64,000 nucleotides of DNA from Anaeramoeba ignava BMAN (Eukaryota; Protista; Anaeramoebae). A model generated the notes under the pieces. The model saw nothing but the letters and a program-made list of their open reading frames with translations, was not told where the DNA came from and ran no database searches. Shown one piece after another: positions 11,489 through 24,374 of the stretch. The first letter of the stretch is position 1. Each line of letters opens with the position of its first letter. Made by a program: the position numbers and the translations under genes. The stretch covers positions 124,001 to 188,000 of the forward strand of contig JAPDFW010000092.1 in assembly GCA_028826165.1 (NCBI GenBank). Reading direction: 5' to 3'.

Positions 11489-13834
11489 TTATTTCCTAAA
11501 GAGAAATGGACCAGAACGAAGACTTTCTCTTGTACTTTTTTTATAAAAAGTATAAGCTTTTCTTGGTTTTTTTTGATTAACCAAATGGTTAACATCTCTT
11601 TTATCAGGAATACCTTGAATTTTCCTTTTAAAAGCATCACGAGCAATATAATATCTTGATTTCAAAATTTTCTTCATTCTTGATTCAGCTCTAAATAAAA
11701 CAACCTTATCAACCTCTTGGGTTAAATAAGCAGCATGAAATGGTGTTCCCCAAAAAGTATTAAATTGATTTTGTTTATTTTCATATGTTTTTAACTCAAA
11801 AACTCCATCTAAAATTTGATCTAGTAAATTTATTGATTGATCAACAACTAATTTTTGTATTTCTTTCATAAGTGGAATAGTTTTTTTTTTGGAATTGGTA
11901 TAGTTTTCAATTTGTTCGTTCCATTGTTTTATTGTTAATTTTTGGATTTCTTCTTTCAAAGATGATAACATACTTCTTTCAAATTTTTTTAACTATTTGT
12001 TTTTGTTTTTAATTTAGAAAATATTGAATTTGGATTATTTCGATTAAAGATTATTGATGCCTACTTCTTGAATTGAATCTTCATCATCTTCATTTTGAAT
12101 TTGAATTTCATTTTCATCTTCACTTTCATCTTCATCTTCATTTTCATTTTCATTTTCATTTTCATTTTCATCTTCATTTTGATTTTCATTTTCATCTTCA
12201 TTTTCATTTTCATTTTCATCTTCATTTTCATCTTCATTTTCATCTTGAATTCCATTTTCATTTTCATTTTCATCTTCATCTTCATTTTCATTTTCATTTT
12301 CATTTTCATTTTCATTTTCATTTTCATTTTCATTTTCATTTTCATTTTCATTTTCATTTTCATTTTCATTTTCAATTCGATTTTCATCTTCATCTTCATT
12401 TTCATTTTCATTTTCATTTTCATTTTCATTTTCATTTTCATTTTCAATTCGATTATTATTATTATTGTTGTTATTATTGTTGTTTTGATTTTCATTTTCA
12501 TCTTGATTTTCATCTTCATTTTCATCTTCATTTTCATCTTCATTTTGATTTTCATTTTGATTTTGATTTTCATTTTCATCTTCATTTTCATTTTCAATTT
12601 CAATTCCATTTTCATCTTCATCTTCATTTTCATTTTCAATTTCATTTTCATTTTCATTTTCATTTTCATTTTGATTTTCATCTTCATCTTCATTTTCATT
12701 TTCAATTTCATTTTCATCTTCATTTTCATTTTCAATTCGATTATTATTATTATTGTTGTTATTATTGTTGTTTTGATTTTCATTTTCATTTTCATCTTCA
12801 TTTTCATCTTCATTTTCATCTTCATTTTCATTTTCATCTTCATTTTCATCTTCACTTTCATCTTCATTTTCATCTTCACTTTCACTTTGACTTTCCATTG
12901 TAATTTTCTGATCATGATATTTATAATAATCCTCAAAGTTTGATAGATTTTGAGAAAGATCTTGAAAATTTTTTAGAAAAGGAAGATTTCCAGTAAATTT
13001 TGAAATTTTCTGAATTCTTTTTGGCCAAGAAATAAATTTTTTTTTTTTTCTTATTGGAAAATATATTTTTTCTGGATACACAACATTTTTTTTCATTTTT
13101 TCCTTTTGTAAAGCATTCATAATTTGCTTATATTCAAGATATTTACTTCGAGTAATATTAAATTTTTGAATAGAATCATTTCCTTGAAATTCATTTTCAT
13201 TATAATTACTTTCATCAGAATCAGATTTGTCTGAATTAATATCACCAGAATCACTTTCATCCGAAGTTTCATCTGAATCAATTTCATCAGAATCATGAAG
13301 ATCTGAATCGCTTTCACTTTCATTTTCATTTTCATTTTCATTTTGATTTTCATTTTGATTTTGATTTAAATTTTCATTTTGATTTAAATTTTCATTTTGA
13401 TTTTCATTTTGATTTTGATTTTCATTTAAATTTTGATTTTCATTTTGATTTTGATTTTGATTTTGATTTTGATTTTGATTTTGATTTTGATTTTGATTTT
13501 GATTTTGATTTAAATTTTCATTTTGATTTTCATTTTGAATTTGATTTTCATTTAAATTTTGATTTTCATTTTTATTTTCATTTTGATTTAAATTTTCATT
13601 TTGATTTAAATATTGATTTTGATTTTGATTTTCATTTTCATTTTGATTTTGATTTTCATTTAAATTTTGATTTTGATTTTCATTTAAATTTTCATTTTCA
13701 TTTTGATTTAAATATTGATTTTGATTTTGATTTTGATTTTGATTTTGATTTTCATTTTGATTTTGATTTTCATTTAAATTTTGATTTTCATTTTCATTTA
13801 AATTTTCATTTTCATTTTGATTTTCATTTTCCAT
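11489..13834 (-). CDS. Uncharacterised N/E/Q/D low-complexity protein with globular C-terminus, 2 exons
   Basis: ATG at 13834 (MENENQ); intron 11993-12064 (GTAGGC...AAATAG) joins ORF 12044..13936 to ORF 11489..11971 in frame. Confidence 0.7.
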
Positions 13835-14014
13835 TTGTTTTTTGATTTTGATTTTGGTTTTAGTTTTGATTTTATATATTTTTTTTATTATAAAAAAAAA
13901 AAAGAAAAAGAAAAAAATGAAAAAAAAAATTTTCAAATCATTTTTTTCCCAATTTATTTTTTTTCAATTTATTTTTTTTCGTTTTTTTTATAATTTGGAA
14001 AACAAAATCAACAA

Positions 14015-15391
14015 ATGGCGAATATACACACATTTAAAGACTTAGAATCAAAACAAGAACCATTTCCAAATCCATGGACAACAGGACAAAGACAAGAACC
14101 AAGAACAATTACATATCAATTTCGGCAACAAATGCCAGAACAAAGATTAGGGGAAGAACAAATATTAAGAAACGAACAAAGATTAGGAGATGGATTTCAA
14201 GAATTGGATTTCAATGATCCAAATTTTAATGAAAATTTTAATGAAAATTTTAATTCAAATCAAAAAAAGAATAAGAAAAAGAATAAGAATAAGAAAAAGG
14301 ATAAGAAAAATAATAAGAAAAAAAATGGAAATTTGGATCAAAATGGATATTTTTTTGGAAATCCAAATCAAAATCAAAATCAAAATCAAAATCAAAATCA
14401 AAATCAAAATCCAAATCAATATTTGAATCAAAATCAAAATCAATATTTGAATCAAAATCAATATTTGAATCAAGATCCAAATTATGATCCAAATAAGCAA
14501 TTTGTTTATTATGTTCCACAACAACAATTAGGAAGAACATGTGAACCTAAAGATCCATTTTGGAGCAGAAATGTCCCAGAAGACCAACCACTAACAGGAT
14601 GTCAAACACTAGGTGTTTGCTGCTGTCCTTGTTGTGTTGGTCCTTGCTGCTCAAATGACAGGAAACAAGATTACAAACGAGTTTTTAAACTTTTTATTTT
14701 TTGGATCTCTTTGGTTCAGCTTATCATGTTTATTATTGAATTATCAATGGGAGGAATTGTTAGTACTTCTGAAAACCGTTATTTAGGCCCAGGAAGTAAA
14801 ACACTTATCAAACTGGGCGCAAAAGACACTTATTTAATCACATATAAATATCAAATACACCGATTTTTGACACCGTTATTTATTCATGCAGGAATTATCC
14901 ATTTTTTATTTAATTTTTTCCTTCAAATCAAACTTTGTTTGTTTTTGGAAGTTTCTTGGAAAACTTGGAGAATGATTCTGATTTATTTTTTGTCTGGATT
15001 TGGAGGATCACTTTTTAGCTGCTTAATTTATCCAAATTCAATTTCGGTTGGTTGCTCAGGTGCTCTTGCTGGAATCTTTGCTGCTCTTATTTCTATGATT
15101 ATTTGTAGTTGGAATAAAATGGATCGTTTGATGAGAAATATTATTCTTATTCAATCTATTATTATGGTTGTTATTCTGGCTCTTATGAGCTTGGAAAAAA
15201 CTATTGATATTGCTGGACATTTGGGTGGATTTTTATTTGGTTTATTTATTGGATTTGTTTTGTTTAGTCCAGAATTCCAAAGTCGAAAAAAAGCTTTGAT
15301 TTTCCGTTTTGTTTCTTTGTTTTTGTTGGTTTTCTTGACTGTTTTATCTTTGGCTTTGATTTTTACAAAAATTAAAGATAAAGTTGATTAA
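14015..15391 (+). CDS. Rhomboid intramembrane serine protease, intronless
   Basis: QIHRFLTPLFIHAGIIHFLFN, catalytic GCSG and AGHLGG motifs, multiple TM helices. Confidence 0.95.
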   Translation: MANIHTFKDLESKQEPFPNPWTTGQRQEPRTITYQFRQQMPEQRLGEEQILRNEQRLGDGFQELDFNDPNFNENFNENFNSNQKKNKKKNKNKKKDKKNNKKKNGNLDQNGYFFGNPNQNQNQNQNQNQNQNPNQYLNQNQNQYLNQNQYLNQDPNYDPNKQFVYYVPQQQLGRTCEPKDPFWSRNVPEDQPLTGCQTLGVCCCPCCVGPCCSNDRKQDYKRVFKLFIFWISLVQLIMFIIELSMGGIVSTSENRYLGPGSKTLIKLGAKDTYLITYKYQIHRFLTPLFIHAGIIHFLFNFFLQIKLCLFLEVSWKTWRMILIYFLSGFGGSLFSCLIYPNSISVGCSGALAGIFAALISMIICSWNKMDRLMRNIILIQSIIMVVILALMSLEKTIDIAGHLGGFLFGLFIGFVLFSPEFQSRKKALIFRFVSLFLLVFLTVLSLALIFTKIKDKVD

Positions 15392-15479
15392 GAAGAGAAA
15401 ATGAAGAAGGGAAATTATCAAGAAAAGAATTTTTTTTTACCAAACCATATTTCAAATTAAATCAAATCAAATCAAATCA

Positions 15480-17968
15480 AATCAAATTTAAATCAAATTT
15501 AAATCAATTTTAAATCAATTTTAAATCAAATTTAAATCAAATTGAAATTAAATTTAAATCAAATTTAAATTAAATTTAAATCAAATTTAAATCAATTTTA
15601 AATCAAATTTAAATCAATTTTAAATCAATTTTAAATCAAATTTAAATCAATTTTAAATCAAATTTAAATCAATTTTAAATCAAATTTAAATCAATTTTAA
15701 ATCAATTTTAAATCAATTTTATATCAATTTTAAATCAATTTTAAATCAAATTTAAATCAATTTTAAATCAATTTTAAATCAATTTTAAATCAATTCTAAA
15801 TCAAATTTAAATCAAATTTAAATCAAATTGAAATTAAATTTAAATCAAATTTAAATCAATTTTAAATCAATTTTAAATCAATTTTAAATCAATTTTAAAT
15901 CAAATTTAAATCAATTTTAAATCAAATTTAAATCAATTTTAAATCAATTTTATATCAATTTTAAATCAAATTTAAATCAATTTTAAATCAAATTTAAATC
16001 AATTTTAAATCAATTTTAAATCAATTTTAAATCAATTTTAAATCAATTTTAAATCAATTTTAAATCAATTTTAAATCAAATTTAAATCAATTTTAAATCA
16101 AATTTAAATCAATTTTAAATCAATTTTAAATCAAATTTAAATCAATTTTAAATCAAATTTAAATCAATTTTAAATCAATTTTATATCAATTTTATATCAA
16201 ATTTAAATCAATTTTAAATCAATTTTAAATCAATTTTAAATCAATTTTAAATCAAATTTAAAATCAATTTTAAATCAATTTTAAATCAATTTTAAATCAA
16301 ATTTAAATCAAATTTAAATCAAATTTAAATCAATTTTAAATCAAATTTAAATCAAATTTTAATCAAATTTAAATCAAATTTAAATCAATTTTAAATCAAA
16401 TTTAAATCAATTTTAAATCAATTTTAAATCAAATTTAAATCAATTTTAAATCAAATTTAAATCAATTTTAAATCAATTTTATATCAATTTTAAATCAAAT
16501 TTAAATCAAATTTAAATCAATTTTAAATCAAATTTAAATCAATTTTAAATCAAATTTAAATCAATTTTAAATCAATTTTAAATCAATTTTAAATCAATTT
16601 TAAATCAAATTTAAATCAAATTTAAATCAATTTTAAATCAAATTTATATCAAATTTATATCAAATTTAAATCAATTTTATATCAATTTTAAATCAAATTT
16701 AAATCAATTTTAAATCAAATTTATATCAATTTTAAATCAATTTTAAATCAATTTTAAATCAATTTTAAATCAATTTTAAATCAAATTTAAATCAAATTTA
16801 AATCAAATTTAAATCAAATTTAAATCAAATTTAAATCAATTTTAAATCAAATTTAAATCAAATTTTAATCAATTTTATATCAATTTTATATCAATTTTAA
16901 ATCAATTTTATATCAATTTTAAATCAAATTTAAATCAATTTTATATCAATTTTATATCAATTTTATATCAATTTTAAATCAAATTTAAATCAATTTTAAA
17001 TCAAATTTAAATCAAATTTAAATCAATTTTAAATCAAATTTTAAATCAAATTTAAATCAAATTGAAATCAATTTTAAATCAAATTTAAATCAATTTTAAA
17101 TCAAATTTAAATCAAATTTATATCAATTTTATATCAAATTTAAATCAATTTTATATCAATTTTAAATCAATTTTATATCAATTTTTAATCAATTTTAATT
17201 CAATTTTATATCAATTTTAAATCAAATTTAAATCAATTTTATATCAATTTTATATCAATTTTAAATCAAATTTAAATCAATTTTAAATCAATTTTAAATC
17301 AATTTTATATCAATTTTAAATCAAATTTAAATCAATTTTAAATCAATTTTAAATCAATTTTATATCAATTTTATATCAATTTTAAATCAAATTTAAATCA
17401 AATTTAAATCAAATTTAAATCAAATTTAAATCAAATCAAATCAAATTTAAATCAATTTTATATCAATTTTAAATCAATTTTATATCAATTTTTAATCAAT
17501 TTTAATTCAATTTTATATCAATTTTAAATCAATTTTAAATCAATTTTAAATCAATTTTAAATCAATTTTATATCAATTTTAAATCAATTTTATATCAATT
17601 TTAAATCAATTTTAAATCAATTTTAAATCAATTTTAAATCAATTTTAAATCAATTTTAAATCAATTTTAAATCAAATTTAAATCAATTTTAAATCAAATT
17701 TAAATCAATTTTAAATCAATTTTAAATCAAATTTAAATCAATTTTAAATCAAATTTTAAATCAATTTTAAATCAATTTTAAATCAATTTTAAATCAATTT
17801 TATATCAATTTTAAATCAATTTTAAATCAAATTTAAATCAAATTTAAATCAAATTTAAATCAATTTTAAATCAATTTTAAATCAAATTTTAAATCAATTT
17901 TAAATCAATTTTATATCAATTTTATATCAATTTTAAATCAATTTTAAATCAAATTTAAATCAATTTTA
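15480..17968. repeat. 11-bp tandem array (TTTTAAATCAA)n, ~2.5 kb
   Basis: Directly visible; variants AAATTT/AATTTT and ATATCAA/AAATCAA. Confidence 0.95.
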
Positions 17969-18040
17969 TTTTTATTTTTTTTTTGGAATGTCCACATTTT
18001 TTAAAAATTAAAAATTAAAAATTAAAATTTAAAGTTTATT

Positions 18041-18698
18041 TCACGAGCCATGGACAATTGCTAAAAATAATAAAATTAAATTAAATTAAATTAAATAAGA
18101 TAAAAATAAATTCAAAAAATCTAAAATATTTAATGAAAAAAAATTTACCAATTAAAATAACAATTCCAAAAATTATTGAAATTGAAATCCAAATTATATT
18201 AAAAATCCTTCCTCTTTCTTTATAAATTACATAAATTAAAAATAAAATGCAAATTAAAATTCCTAAAAAAGATCCAATAAGTGCTTGATGAATTTGAAAA
18301 GTAGCACCAAAAATAATAATAAAATAAAACAAGCAAATAAAAGAGAAAGTAAGATAAGCAGAAGATTTTTGTTGTATACAAAAATTAGCTGTTTGAGGAG
18401 GTAATTTTATTTTTTTCTTATTTTGATTTTGATTCTTATTTTTTTTTTGATTTTGATTTTGATTTTGATTTTCATTTTCATTTTCATTTTCATTTTCATT
18501 TTCATTTTCATTTTCATTTTGATTTTCATTTCCTTTATTTGTTTCTAATAATTCCACTTCTTGATTTGTTATTAAAATTAATGCTGATTCTCTTTTTTCA
18601 ATATCTACTAAACTTATTATATGCTTTATTAACCAAAAAATAAAACTTAAAATTGCATATGTAAATGTAAGCCAACTTCCAGTTTTTCTTAAAGACAT
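18041..18698 (-). CDS. Small multi-pass membrane protein with N/E/Q loop, 2 exons
   Basis: ORF 18081..18698 with ~4 hydrophobic segments; a GTAAAT...TTTAG intron adds terminal exon 18060-18041 (AIVHGS*). Confidence 0.65.
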
Positions 18699-19307
18699 TT
18701 TATTTTAAATCCAAAAAAAAGATTATTTTCAAAAAAAGATTTAATTGATTTTTGTTTTAAAAAGGAAAGTTAAAAATGAAAAAATGAAAAAATGAATTGA
18801 AAAAATTTTTCGTTTTGTTTTTTTAATTTTAATTTTAATTTTAATTTTAATTTTGATTTTTGAATTTAATTTTGATTTTAATTTTGATTTTAATTTTAAT
18901 TTTAATTATGATTTTGATTTTAATTTTTGAATTTAATTTTAATTTTGATTTTGATTTTAATTTTAATTTTGATTTTGATTTTAATTTTTGAATTTAATTT
19001 TAATTTTAATTTTAATTTTGATTTTCATTTTAATTTTTGAATTTGAAATATAAAATAAGAATTGAATTGGAAATCATTGTTTTTCATTTATATTGATTTT
19101 TTTTTTGAAAAAGAAAAATTCAAAAAAAAAAGAAATGAAAAACAAAAATGAAAAAGAAATCAAAATTCAAAATTGAATTGAATCAAAATTCAAAATTCAG
19201 AAATGAATTGAATTGAATTGAATCAAAATTCAAAATTCAAAATTGAATTGAATTGAAATGAATTGAATTGAATTGATTTGAATTGAATTGAATTGATTTG
19301 AATTGAT

Positions 19308-20345
19308 TTAATCATCATCACTCCAACCAGAAGAATCCTCAGAATCAGAAACATCACCACCACCATCCTGAACAGCACCTCTAATACCCTGCAAAGCAGT
19401 AGCCAAAGATTGAGCAAGAGATCTTTCCTCCTGAGCATTTAAATTTGAGATATCAGGAAGGTCATCAATTTTCCTAAGATTAGAAACACCACCATGACCT
19501 CTAATAGATTGAAGAAGATTAGCCCTACCTGTATCAACACGCGGGGTAGGAGGGGCACCAGAAGTAGTAGGAGGAGGAGGACCATTAGTAGGAGGAGGAG
19601 GACCACCAGTAGGAGGCGGGGGACCACCACCAGTTGGAGGCGGAGGGGGGGCTCCGGATCTGCCGGTAGGGGTTGGGGGAGGGGGACCTTTTTTCACATT
19701 TCCTGTTTGCACTTTTAGGATTTCTTCTGCGGCTACGTTTAGTAACATCTTCATCGTGTTCTCATCTTTTAATTCGCTCTTCTTAACCCCTGCTTGCTGG
19801 AAAAGCTTCTTCCATTGCTCAGGTATGTTCCGCATGTCAAACCCCTTCTCAGGATCAAATCCTATATGCCCTTCGTGCTTGAAATTCGTTGGTGTTCCGA
19901 TTACCATCTCTTTTTGTGGCTCGGATTTTTTGCTCTTTTTAAAACGACTGAAAAACCCCTTTTTTTCTTTCTTTTGTTTTGGTGTCGCTTTTTTTACTTC
20001 TTCGTAAAATACTTTAGACTCGTTTTCGTTCGCAAATGATAATAAAAACATCGCGTCATCTCCTTCAAAAATGTGGAAAAAATCGCTGTTTTTTTCGTAA
20101 CGGAAATCGTAATAAAATTCTTGTTGAAAAATTACTTGATATCCTGTCAAGTCAATTAATTTGAGATAAAGATTGCCAGATTTTTGTACTAATGAAATTG
20201 CCCCCATTTTTTTGGTGTATTGCCAATTTGAACTTCCTTGTGGCGCTTGATAAAGTCTTGCTACTGTTGTTGATATTAATGATGCTCCAGCAATTGCTTC
20301 ATGAATTCCTTGTCTTTCTTCAGGATTTAAAGTTCCAAATGACAT
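19308..20345 (-). CDS. WASP: WASP (WH1-CRIB-polyproline-VCA), intronless
   Basis: WH1 (TVARLY...W...MG), CRIB IGTPTNFKHEGHIGFD, poly-Pro, WH2 RANLLQSIR...LRK, acidic end GWSDDD. Confidence 0.97.
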   Translation of the reverse strand: MSFGTLNPEERQGIHEAIAGASLISTTVARLYQAPQGSSNWQYTKKMGAISLVQKSGNLYLKLIDLTGYQVIFQQEFYYDFRYEKNSDFFHIFEGDDAMFLLSFANENESKVFYEEVKKATPKQKKEKKGFFSRFKKSKKSEPQKEMVIGTPTNFKHEGHIGFDPEKGFDMRNIPEQWKKLFQQAGVKKSELKDENTMKMLLNVAAEEILKVQTGNVKKGPPPPTPTGRSGAPPPPPTGGGPPPPTGGPPPPTNGPPPPTTSGAPPTPRVDTGRANLLQSIRGHGGVSNLRKIDDLPDISNLNAQEERSLAQSLATALQGIRGAVQDGGGDVSDSEDSSGWSDDD

Positions 20346-20661
20346 TTAAAAAAAAATTAAAAAGAAAATTAATTAAAAAATTAAAAAGAAAAAAATGAAT
20401 TAAAAATTTAATTAAAAAAATTATTTTTTTTATTTTTTATTTTTCTCTTTTTTTTTAGTTCAAGTTTTTAGTTCATTTTTTTTCCTTTTTTTCAATTTAT
20501 TTTAATTAACTTATCAATTAGAAATTATCTCCGATCTCTTTTTTCTTTCGTTTTCAAAAAATAAATTTTTTTCTCCTTTTTTATTTTTTTTTTATTTTTT
20601 CTCCTTTTTTATTTTTTTATTTATTTTTTTTAATTAATTTTTTTTTCATTTTTTTTCCTTT

Positions 20662-23600
20662 ATGATTAATTTAAATTTAACAAATACAAATCAAGAATCT
20701 GAAATTTTACAAAAATCTATTGAAGATTCTATAATTAATTTTGGTCAAGAATTTGCCAAATTTGAAGTTAGTTAATAACAAAAAAAAATTAGTTTATTTT
20801 ATTTGATTTAATTTAAATTTGATTTAAATTTGATTTAAATTTGATTTAAAATTAATTTAAAATTGATTTAAAATTGATTTAAAATTGATTTAAAATTGAT
20901 TTAAAATTGATATAAAATTGATATAAAATTGATTTAAATTTGATTTAAATTTAATTTAAAATTGATTTAAATTTGATTTAAAATTGATTTAAAATTGATT
21001 TAAAATTGATATAAAATTGATTTAAAATTGATATAAAATTGATTTAAAATTGATATAAAATTGATATAAAATTTGATTTAAAATTGATTTAAAATTGATT
21101 TAAAATTGATTTAAAATTGATTTAAAATTGATTTAAAATTGATTTAAAATTGATTTAAAATTGATTTAAAATTGATATAAATTTGATTTAATTTATTTTA
21201 AAATTGATTTAAAATTGATATAAAATTGATTTAAAATTGATTTAAAATTGATATAAATTTGATTTGATTTAATTTAAAATTGATTTAAAATTGATTTAAA
21301 ATTGATATAAATTTGATATAATTTATTTTAATTTTGATTTGATTTGATTTGATTTAATTTTTATTTGATGTAGTTTTCTTTACCAACTGATCCAACAAAA
21401 TTCAAGATTATTTTTCTTATTGACAAAATTATTTTTGGGCTTTCAGATCAAGATGAAGAAAAGTGTCAAATATTTCGATTTGATGAACTTCAAGTAAATT
21501 TAATTTGAATATAATTTGATTTAAATTGAATTTTAAATTTGATTTGATTTAATTTAATTTTAAATTTGATTTGATTTATTTTAATTTTAATTTGATTTGA
21601 TTTATTTTAATTATAATTTTAAATTAATTTTAATTGAATTTTAATTTGATTTGATTTATTTTAATTTAATTTTAATTGAATTTTAAATTTGATTTAATTT
21701 AATTTTAAATTTGATTTGATTTATTTTAAATTAATTTTAATTTAATTTTAATTTATTCTAAAGAAAATCGAAGAAAATGGAAAAGAAATTAAAATTTCTT
21801 TCAAATTATCAACATTATCCACTTATTTTAAAGACTTACTAACTTTTCATACTTTCCTTTTTACATTAAAACTTTTCCAAAATTACCCATATTCTTTTGA
21901 AAAAATTTCTTCATTATTTATTAAAGAAACCTCAAAAGTTCTTGAAAGTACAAAAAAAACTTCAAAATTTTATCCAAAAAAAAATATTCAAATATTTTTT
22001 CATTTCAAAAAAAAAAAAAAGAAAATAAGGAAATAGAAGCAATTTGTTCACGTTGTTTAAATAGAGAAAGTGTCAGTTTTGAAGTACAATTAATTCCTGA
22101 AAAAAAAGAAGCAAATTTAAAACTTTCATCTCGATTCATTTCTTTTAATTTCCAAAATTTTTCATTTTCTTCTGAATGGAACTCAAATATAAATGTAAAC
22201 AATTTATTTGAATTTAATTTTAAATTTAAATTTAATTTTTAATTAATTTTAATTTTAATTTTAATTTTAATTTTAATTTTAATTTTAATTTTAATTTTAA
22301 TTTTAATTTTAATTTTAATTTTGATTTTAATTTTAATTTCAATTTTAAATGAATTTTAATTTTTAATTTTAATTTTAATTTTAAATTTAATTTTAATTTT
22401 AATTTTGATTTTAATTTTAATTTTAATTTTAATTTCAATTTTAATTTTATAAATGAATTTTAATTTTATAAATGAATTTTAATTTCAAAATGAATTTTTA
22501 ATTTAATTCGAATTTATTTTATTTCTCAAAAAAAATAGTGTCTTTTCAATGAAAATCATTTGGAAATTTATATCAATCTTTTTCACTTTAAAATTTCTTG
22601 TGAAAATCAAATGATGAGTGACATTTTATTCAAATGCTTCAAAGGATTTCAAAATATTGGATTAATAAAAACTAATTCAAATCCTGAAAAATTAAAAAAA
22701 CCAAAAATTTCAGATAATTTTGTATTTAATTTACTTCAAAAAAGAGACAATCTGAAAAAAACTCCAAAATTTGCAATTCTTGAACTAAATTCTCCTTTTT
22801 TTAATGATTCGGATTTTGTTCGTGAATTTGTGATAAATGTTTATTTACTTGATAATGATCTTGAAACTAAAACATTTAACGGAAAAACACTTATTGTTTT
22901 TTTCCAATTTGGATTTACATTAATAAATGAGGAAACTCTTCAAGTAATTCAAACAGAAGATATTATAGATGTAATTTAAATTTTATTTTAAATTTAATTT
23001 TTAATTTTATTTTAAATTTTATTTTTAATTTTATTTTAAATTTAATTTTAAATTTTATTTTTAAATTTGATTTTAAATTTTATTTTAAATTTTATTTTTA
23101 AATTTGATTTTAAATTTGATTTTAAATTTGATTTTAAATTTTATTCTTAATTTTATTTTAAATTTTATTTTAAATTTTATTTTAAATTTAATTTTAAATT
23201 TGATTTTAAATTTTAATCCAAAAAATGTCACTTTTTTTTTCCCTTTTTCTTCTTTTCTTTTCTAGTTCGAATTGAAAATAATTCAACCTAAAAAAGCCAG
23301 ATTGAAACTTACAAATGATACTCTTAATTTTCTTTTTTTTTCTGAAACTGATTTATTTGGAATGAAAAAATTACTTTTAATGTTATCAAATTTTCAGAAA
23401 AAAGGAAAAAAAGGAAACAATTTATTTTATCGTTTAATTTCATTTGAAGATGCTAAAAAAATTAATACAGTGATTCTTAGTCCAAAAGGAATAAGATTTG
23501 CATTTCCTGATAAAGTTCTATTTTATCCGTTTTCTGAAAAAAAGATTAAAGTAATTTCAAAAATAATCTAAAAATAATTTAAAAATAATCCAAAAATAAT

Positions 23601-24286
23601 TCAAAAATAATTTAAAAATAATTCAAAAATAATTTAAAAATAATTCAAAAATAATTTAAAATTAATTTAAAAATAATCCAAAAATAATTCAAATTAATTC
23701 AAAAATAATTCAAAAATAATTTAAAAATAATTTAAAATTAATTTAAAATTAATTTAAAAATAATCTAAAAATAATTAAAAATAATCTAAAAATAATTCAA
23801 AAATAATTTAAAAATAATTTAAAAATAATTTAAAATAATTCAAAACTAATCTAAAATCAATTTAAAAATAATTCAAAAATAATTCAAAAATAATCTAAAA
23901 ATAATTCAAAAATAATTTAAAAATAATTTAAAACCAATTTTAGGTTGATTTAGATCCAAATAAAAATGAAAAAGTTACTTTTAAAATTTCTAATTATCAA
24001 AATAATGATAACCAGAAAAATAAAAATAAAAATAAAAATAAAAATAAAAATAAAAATAAAAATAAAAATAAAAAATAAAAATAAAAATCAAAATCAAAAT
24101 GAAAATCAAATCAATATTGATGAAAATGAGGAAAATTTTGATTTTAGATTTGAAAATTCAGAATTTGCTCATAAATTTATGGATCAATTCGAAAATTTTA
24201 AAAAAATTGAAACTTTTAAAAATGAAACAAAGAATGAAAAACAAAATAAAAAGAAACAAAAAAAAAATGAAAAAAAGAAAAAATAG
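20662..24286 (+). CDS. Uncharacterised multi-exon protein (~7 exons)
   Basis: Exon islands at ~20662-20766, 21374-21493, 21764-21947, ~22036-22194, 22539-22970, 23266-23550, 23944-24286 bounded by GT/AG; includes ORFs 22560.. and 23272..; the third-intron acceptor is uncertain. Confidence 0.65.
20812..21340. repeat. Intronic 11-bp array (TTGATTTAAAA)n, reverse complement of the 15.5-18 kb array
   Basis: Same unit and same variants in opposite orientation. Confidence 0.9.
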
Positions 24287-24374
24287 AATTTGAAAATTAT
24301 TTAACTAATTTTTATTTAAGGAAAACAAAAACAAAAACAAAAACAAAAAAAATAAAAAAAAATTGAACAATTTT

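Noticed and set aside
12061-12943. MKMK/FHFH/IFIF ORFs and similar (9674, 22232, 25703, 28600, 28820, 41213, 41232, 43148, 45081)
   Set aside because: Alternative-frame or antisense readings of hexamer microsatellites, which lack stops by construction.
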